A stretch of DNA of 64,000 nt from NCBI GenBank assembly GCA_049282455.1, contig JBAPUB010000029.1, forward strand, positions 5,176 through 69,175, written 5' to 3'. The notes below the pieces were generated by a model. It was given only the letters and a program-made list of their open reading frames with translations. It made no database searches and had not been told where the DNA came from. Numbering within the stretch: position 1 is the first letter of the stretch; each line of letters begins with the position of its first letter. Positions 63,148 through 64,000 of the stretch are shown piece by piece. Origin of the DNA: Actinomycetes bacterium (GTDB lineage: Bacteria > Actinomycetota > Actinomycetes > JAHEKZ01). Both the position numbers and the translations under genes were made by a program.

Positions 63148-64000
63148 TCAGGGCCGGATCTGTTGCGAACGCAGCTCGCGCGCTCGAGTGCGCCACTTCG
63201 CTCTTTCGGCTGCCCGGAGTCGGGCATCCGCGCGACGTTCCAACCATGCCGCCTCGCGCTGGAGCTTGCGCCAGGACACGAGGCGTCGCTCATCCAGCAC
63301 GCCGGTCTCGATGGCGGAGAGCACGGCACAGCCGGGCTCGGTCTCGTGCACGCAGTCGGAGAAGCGGCATGCGGTCGCGAGCTCCTCCAGGTCGGCGAAG
63401 ACCTGGTCGAGGGCCTCACTGCTGGCTAGTCCGACACTGCGCAAGCCAGGCGTGTCGATCACCATGGCCCCGCCGGGAAGGACGATGAGCTCACGGTGAA
63501 CCGTTGTGTGCCGGCCTCGGTGGTCGCTGCGCACCTCGGCCGTCTCCATGACGGGGTGCTGGGCGAGAAGGTTGACCAGCGTCGACTTGCCGGCACCTGA
63601 CGGCCCGATGAATGCGACCACTGTTCCGGTCAGCAACCGTTCGCGCAGCATGGCCACGCCGTCCGCCCAGGCCGAGCTGCAGATGATGACGTCAACACCC
63701 GGAGCGTTGTCCCGAGCGACTTCGATGGACGCGTCGAGATCGACTGCTAGGTCAGCCTTGGTCAGCACCAGCAGCGGTTGGGCACCGGACTCCCAGCCGA
63801 GAGCGAGCAGTCGTTCGATGCGCCCCGGCCGGGGTGCTGCGTTGACCGGTTCGATGACAGCGACGAGGTCCATGTTGGCTGCCAGCACCTGCCGCTGTGA
63901 GCTTCCAGGTGTCACGGAGGCGCGAGTGATCGCCGTCCCTCGCGGATGGATGGAGTGGACGAGCCTGCGCCCCTCGTCGAGGGTTCGCAAAGACACTCGA
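63148..64000 (-). CDS. rsgA: Ribosome small-subunit-dependent GTPase A (RsgA), 5' end outside the window
   Basis: Circularly permuted GTPase motifs (LTKADL...GPSGAGKSTLVN...DTPG) and a C-terminal zinc finger (CRFSDCVHETEPGCAV). The N-terminal OB domain is missing, so the gene continues beyond 64000. Confidence 0.8.
   Translation of the reverse strand, partial: RVSLRTLDEGRRLVHSIHPRGTAITRASVTPGSSQRQVLAANMDLVAVIEPVNAAPRPGRIERLLALGWESGAQPLLVLTKADLAVDLDASIEVARDNAPGVDVIICSSAWADGVAMLRERLLTGTVVAFIGPSGAGKSTLVNLLAQHPVMETAEVRSDHRGRHTTVHRELIVLPGGAMVIDTPGLRSVGLASSEALDQVFADLEELATACRFSDCVHETEPGCAVLSAIETGVLDERRLVSWRKLQREAAWLERRADARLRAAERAKWRTRARELRSQQIRP

Overview
This 64-kb window is an origin-proximal segment of a high-GC (about 70%) actinobacterial chromosome. 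Gene order follows the Mycobacterium ori-region blueprint. The left block, all on the minus strand, runs ppiA, rhomboid protease, tRNA-Ala, a DLW-39-like small ORF, tRNA-Ile, a DUF3566 (Rv0007-like) protein, gyrA, gyrB, dciA (DUF721), recF, dnaN, an oriC candidate in the dnaN-dnaA spacer, and dnaA. It is followed by the divergent rpmH-rnpA-yidD-yidC-jag-rsmG-parA-parB block, which carries two perfect parS sites. Next comes the conserved minus-strand cluster cwlM-trx-trxB-anti-sigma-ECF sigma-MviN-type pseudokinase ... murJ, Rv3909-like protein, NUDIX hydrolase, then cca. This cluster is interrupted by a roughly 7.3-kb lineage-specific insertion (27.06-34.34 kb) that carries a RipC-like coiled-coil NlpC/P60 endopeptidase with a coupled small membrane protein, a SnoaL-like protein, an alpha/beta hydrolase, RidA, a P2-type cation ATPase and an MBL-fold hydrolase. 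The right third of the window holds an MFS transporter, ino1, a PadR regulator, a DUF5318 protein, ponA1, a GT87 membrane protein, a frameshifted GNAT gene, an alanine-racemase-like protein coupled to a FemAB transferase, xthA, rpsF-ssb-rpsR-rplI, a MATE transporter, murT-gatD, a VOC protein, hemY translationally coupled to a radical-SAM/SPASM protein, dnaB, and the 3' part of rsgA. No CRISPR arrays, IS elements, integrases or inteins were found. The FemAB transferase and LL-DAP/Gly-type cell-wall genes, together with an MCP-type receptor, suggest a Nocardioides-like (Propionibacteriales) organism, but this is a low-confidence guess. Candidates worth follow-up are the hemY-coupled radical SAM gene (a possible O2-independent coproheme decarboxylase), the alanine-racemase-like/FemAB gene pair, an MCP with a 6-TM sensor coupled to a NUDIX hydrolase, a palindromic DnaA-box pair in the dnaB leader, tandem repeats in the 5' regions of cwlM and ponA1, and the insertion that splits the murJ/pseudokinase synteny. 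Coordinates of features not on the ORF track were taken by counting along the printed lines and may be off by 1-2 nt.
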